NCBI GenBank assembly: GCA_040902005.1
Contig: JBBDYA010000080.1
Location: 1-22,299 of the forward strand
Direction: 5' to 3'
Origin: Gemmatimonadaceae bacterium
GTDB lineage: Bacteria > Gemmatimonadota > Gemmatimonadetes > Gemmatimonadales > Gemmatimonadaceae
DNA length: 22,299 nucleotides
Shown: piece after piece, positions 19,265 through 22,299 of the stretch
Position numbering within the stretch: the first letter of the stretch is position 1
Layout: the number at the start of each line of letters is the position of its first letter
Notes under the pieces: model-generated
What the model was told of the DNA's origin: nothing
Seen by the model: the letters and a program-made list of their open reading frames with translations, nothing else
Database searches by the model: none
Made by a program: the position numbers and the translations under genes

Positions 19265-19744
19265 TTAGTTCGCGAAGTACGACGGAAGGGTGGTGGTCAA
19301 CGTCTGACGCACCCGCTGGTGCGTACTGCCGCCTACGTGCAGCGGTGGGACGTTCGCCGTGTGTACCTGAAAGGCCCGCATCGAAATCGCGGGATACTCC
19401 GCTGTCGCTTCAGGGGTGGCACCCAACGGTTCTGTCCACAGGTCGCGCACCTGTCGGCCAGCCGCCCACAGCAGAGCGCCAAGCGTGCGAAGAGTCATGT
19501 TCGTCGAGCCGTTCAGAGCCTGACTCACATACGACTTCGTGGTGCCGAGCAGGCCTGCCACTTCAGAGCGCGACAGCCCAGCCCTCTTGATCGCGTCCTG
19601 AACAGCGGCGGTGATCGCGGAAATCGCTTCGTCCTCGGCATATGGACGCAGCGAAGTACCTGCGGGGAGCTGCCGCGCAATCCAGTGGTCGCTGGGCAGG
19701 TCATCTACGGTGCGAATCACGTTCTTAGTCATCTGCGGGTCCAT
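19265..19744 (-). CDS. XRE/Cro HTH antitoxin (HigA-like) with a C-terminal extension
   Basis: AGLSRSEVAGLLGTTKSYVSQALNGSTNMTLRTLGALLWAAG is a typical HTH_XRE segment, followed by about 50 extra residues. The start (19744 or 19732) overlaps the toxin's end. Confidence 0.85.
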   Translation of the reverse strand: MDPQMTKNVIRTVDDLPSDHWIARQLPAGTSLRPYAEDEAISAITAAVQDAIKRAGLSRSEVAGLLGTTKSYVSQALNGSTNMTLRTLGALLWAAGRQVRDLWTEPLGATPEATAEYPAISMRAFQVHTANVPPLHVGGSTHQRVRQTLTTTLPSYFAN

Positions 19745-20108
19745 TCAAGTAGTCCTGAAGCCGTTTCAGAGCCGTTCGGTAGTCCGGCTCTTGTCCTGTG
19801 GTCTTTTTCTTCGCCGCGTGAAGAACGACGTAGGTGTTCCGGTCTTTGTAGCCCCATGATCGCGTGACCTTGAGGTTGAACTGATGCAGATCGCGGAACT
19901 CCCCCTCCAACTGATGCCCGTTGTTTTCCAGCCGTATCCGCCCAAACCGGGCCATCTCGCGGCAGCGTTGAAGGAACTGCGCGAAGTCGTACGGATGCCG
20001 CTCCAAGAAACGCCGCGCGGGGAACTCGTGGCGGAAGCGCATCCAGCGGACCCGCATGGCGGGTCCGTCGAGGATGAAAGCGGTTTCAGGAAGTTCATCA
20101 GGCTCCAC
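19725..20108 (-). CDS. RelE/ParE-superfamily toxin, HigB/Gp49-like
   Basis: About 127 aa; HQLEGEFRDLHQF...R...YVVLHAAKKKTTGQEPDYRTALKRLQDY parallels the Gp49/HigB pattern L-x-G...LWE...R...VLLHxFxKKT...A-x-x-R. Toxin-first order upstream of an HTH gene. The start is uncertain (GTG 20108 preferred; 20138 possible). Confidence 0.75.
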   Translation of the reverse strand: MEPDELPETAFILDGPAMRVRWMRFRHEFPARRFLERHPYDFAQFLQRCREMARFGRIRLENNGHQLEGEFRDLHQFNLKVTRSWGYKDRNTYVVLHAAKKKTTGQEPDYRTALKRLQDYLNGPADD

Positions 20109-20128
20109 GGTGTAGCTATAACTACACC
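20109..20128. promoter_or_regulatory. Palindromic operator, putative antitoxin autoregulation site
   Basis: GGTGTAG-C-TATA-A-CTACACC is a 20-bp palindrome with one mismatched pair, directly abutting the toxin GTG at 20108. Confidence 0.65.
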
Positions 20129-20217
20129 ACCGTCCCACATTTCGCTAGGTTGGCCGTTATGTCCGCCAGTAAACAACGATTTGGAGCAGTTTAAGCCACA
20201 CTGGAAATTAGTGGCAC

Positions 20218-20245
20218 TTGACGCACAGGGTGCGTGTAGTATCAT
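20218..20245 (+). promoter_or_regulatory. Putative sigma70 promoter of the transposase (leaderless transcript)
   Basis: TTGACG (20218-20223), a 16-nt spacer, then TATCAT (20240-20245). The A of the ATG (20252) is 7 nt after the -10 box, and no SD is present. Confidence 0.55.
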
Positions 20246-20251
20246 TATACC

Positions 20252-21307
20252 ATGCCTAAAGTCGCCAATAAGAGGTCAGCCCTCGAAGCCCGTATCCCAA
20301 TCGCCTGCTCGGATGAAGGCGCAGCCGTGGCGTTCCTCGAAGAACAGCGGTGGGGCGATACGCCCAACTGCCCGCGTTGTGGGGATACCGACGTGACGCA
20401 GATGAAGGCCAAGGACGGCACCCGCAATGCGCGGTTCCTGTGGCGCTGCAAGGGCTGCAAGCAGCAGTACACGGTCCGCGTTGGGACGATCATGGAGGAC
20501 AGCCCCATCCCCTTCCGTCACTGGTGCCTGGCGTTCTTCCGGGCCGCGTCCAGCAAGAAGGGCATCAGCGCCTTGCAGATTCAGCGCGAGACCGGCCTGT
20601 CCTACAAGAGCGCCCTGTTCCTCATGCACCGTATCCGCTGGGCAATGGCGCCAGCCAACGAGAACGAGCCCAAGCTGGGACGTGACGGCGGTATCGTGGA
20701 GTACGACGAGACATACGTTGGCGGTCGCCCGCGTGGTCATGCGCGGTACCTGAAGGCAGACGGTAATTACCGCTCAGGCCCCGCAACCGATTTCGCGGAC
20801 CGCAAGACGCCCGTTGTCGGCGGCATTGAGCGCGATGGCCGCGTAAAGGCTCGCGTTGTCTCAAGTCTCACCGCTACCGAACTGGCCAAGAACGTCGTCG
20901 CAATGGTGGACCCGTCAGCGCACTTGCAGACCGATCAGGCGCAAGCGTACAAGGCGGTCGGGCAGGACTTCGCCAGTCATGAGCGTATCCGCCACAACGC
21001 TGGCCAGTACGTGCGTTATACCGAGGAAGGCCTACAGGTCACGACGAATCGCATCGAGGGCTTCTGGTCGCTGCTCAAGAAGCAGATTCACGGCACCCAT
21101 ACCTCAGTGAGCCGGAAGCACCTTCAGCGTTACGTCAGCGAAGTGGAGTTCAAGTACAACAACCGTGGCCTGAGCGATGGCGAGCGCACGGTGAAGCTGA
21201 TTCAGTCGTGCGACCATCGCCGCCTGACCTACAAGGAATTGACCGCCGAACGTGACCGCCGTGGTCGCACCCTCAACCGTGACGCGTTGGGGCGCATCTG
21301 CAAATGA
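20252..21307 (+). CDS. IS1595-family DDE transposase (ISXO2-like domain)
   Basis: Zinc ribbon CPRC...CKGC, HTH ISALQIQRETGLSYKSALFLMHRIR, catalytic motifs VEYDETYVGG, LQTDQAQAY and TTNRIEGFWSLLK, plus RYVSEVEFKYN. No frameshift. Confidence 0.97.
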   Translation: MPKVANKRSALEARIPIACSDEGAAVAFLEEQRWGDTPNCPRCGDTDVTQMKAKDGTRNARFLWRCKGCKQQYTVRVGTIMEDSPIPFRHWCLAFFRAASSKKGISALQIQRETGLSYKSALFLMHRIRWAMAPANENEPKLGRDGGIVEYDETYVGGRPRGHARYLKADGNYRSGPATDFADRKTPVVGGIERDGRVKARVVSSLTATELAKNVVAMVDPSAHLQTDQAQAYKAVGQDFASHERIRHNAGQYVRYTEEGLQVTTNRIEGFWSLLKKQIHGTHTSVSRKHLQRYVSEVEFKYNNRGLSDGERTVKLIQSCDHRRLTYKELTAERDRRGRTLNRDALGRICK

Positions 21308-21314
21308 GGAAGCC

Positions 21315-21336
21315 GTGCGTCAAATCCATACACGCC
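21315..21336 (-). repeat. Terminal inverted repeat (right)
   Basis: GTGCGTCAAATCCATACACGCC lies 7 nt after the transposase stop and matches the left TIR at 19/22 positions. Confidence 0.92.
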
Positions 21337-21344
21337 GTGCTGAC
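21337..21344 (+). repeat. Target-site duplication, right copy (GTGCTGAC)
   Basis: Identical to 17791-17798. Confidence 0.93.
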
Positions 21345-21346
21345 GC

Positions 21347-22297
21347 TCAGCGAGGACGTGATTCCCGATTCGCCAGCGCGGCTCCGAGCTCGAGCAGGAG
21401 GGCGCTGATCCGGGACATCTTCTGGTAGTCGACCTTGGCTGGTTCGTCCGACACCTTGTGGTAGTCCTCGTGCAGTCCGGTGGTGAAGAACAGCACGGGG
21501 ATTCCCTTCTGCGCGTAGTTGACGTGGTCGCTGCGGAAGTAGATGCGTTCCGGATGATCCGGCGTATCCCACTCGCGATCGAGCTCCATCGGGCGAAGCT
21601 GCCGCGCATTCACGGTGTCCAGGATGGCGCCCAGCACCCGGCTCTGACCATTGGGCGCCGCCATCGGCCCAACCACGTAGACGCGATTCTCGGCGGCCAC
21701 GCCATCGGTCTGCGAATTGAATGCTGCCGTGGCGCCACCACGACGACCGATCATGTCGAGATTCACGTGCGCAACGATCGAGTCGATCGGCACGGTGGGG
21801 TTGCTGGTGAAATAGGCGGAGCCGAGCAGCCCCTTTTCCTCAGCGGTGTGCCACACGAACAGTACGGAACGCCTGGGCGGGTTGTCCCTGAGGGATCGGG
21901 CCAGCGCCAGCATCGCAACGGTGCCCGAACCGTTGTCGTCCGCGCCATTGGCGATCGAGTCCGGCGACATGCGCGGCTGGATCCCGATGTGGTCGTAATG
22001 GGCACCGAAGGCGACGAACGTCTTGTTCAGCAGGGGATCGGTTCCGCGCACGACGGCGACGATGTTGTGCGAGGTCACCTGATCCTGTCGCAGATCGATC
22101 CGGCCCAGAAAGGTGCGCCCGTCCAGCGGGCGCGGCGAATCGTCCGCCTGCCAGTTGGCCGGCAGCAGGGGCGAGTTGGGGCGCGCCAGGCCGAGAATGA
22201 TCATCGGCAGCGGGCGCTCCGAGTCCGACGTCGTGCGGTCACCGGGCGATGCCGTCACCGTGCGCATCAGCTCGGGCGCGGCCTGCGTGTAGAACTC
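21347..22297 (-). CDS. M28 family metallopeptidase (5'-partial)
   Basis: GAHYDHIG, NGADDNGSG, HTAEEKGLLGS, NLDMIGR, RSDH, DYHKVSD. The frame stays open to the window edge. Confidence 0.93.
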   Translation of the reverse strand, partial: EFYTQAAPELMRTVTASPGDRTTSDSERPLPMIILGLARPNSPLLPANWQADDSPRPLDGRTFLGRIDLRQDQVTSHNIVAVVRGTDPLLNKTFVAFGAHYDHIGIQPRMSPDSIANGADDNGSGTVAMLALARSLRDNPPRRSVLFVWHTAEEKGLLGSAYFTSNPTVPIDSIVAHVNLDMIGRRGGATAAFNSQTDGVAAENRVYVVGPMAAPNGQSRVLGAILDTVNARQLRPMELDREWDTPDHPERIYFRSDHVNYAQKGIPVLFFTTGLHEDYHKVSDEPAKVDYQKMSRISALLLELGAALANRESRPR

Positions 22298-22299
22298 GG

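Larger units (their letters stand above)
17799..21336 (+). mobile_element. IS1595-family transporter IS (tIS) carrying passenger genes, 3,538 bp
   Basis: TIRs at 17799-17820 and 21315-21336, an 8-bp direct repeat on both sides, an intact IS1595 transposase at the right end, and visibly lower GC than the flanks (e.g. 25/60 GC at 18421-18480). Confidence 0.93.

Noticed and set aside
18128..19867. 579-aa + strand ORF spanning the cargo
   Set aside because: It is antisense and in codon register with the SecB-like, antitoxin and zinc-finger genes, which explains most of the lack of stops. It crosses a tRNA and a terminator-like hairpin and has no recognisable motif.
1..22299. CRISPR arrays, rRNA, retron or reverse-transcriptase genes
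   Set aside because: No regularly spaced repeats, rRNA-like sequence, or RT/Cas motifs were seen.

Overview
GC-rich bacterial chromosome segment; gene content suggests Gemmatimonadota, but this is inference. Bases 1-17.8 kb and 21.35-22.3 kb are ordinary host genes: tdk, folE, coaE, gcvH, gcvP, a lipoate-protein ligase family gene, an Opp/Dpp-type peptide ABC operon, a POT peptide transporter, an Omp85-family protein, a PspA-like protein, a C26 glutamine amidotransferase, a hypothetical protein and an M28 peptidase. Inserted among them is a complete 3,538-bp cargo-carrying IS1595-family element (17799-21336), with 22-bp imperfect terminal inverted repeats (TIRs) and an exact 8-bp target duplication, GTGCTGAC, that overlaps a CIRCE-like operator. 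Its cargo is a HigB-like toxin / HTH antitoxin / SecB-like chaperone (TAC) operon, followed by a tRNA gene with a leucine-type body but a UGG (Pro) anticodon and C33. It also carries a basic AT-hook-like peptide, a 49-aa zinc-finger-like microprotein missing from the ORF track, and a convergent gene with a possible TYW3-like motif. The TAC plus anomalous tRNA cassette on a transposon is the best candidate for an undescribed system.
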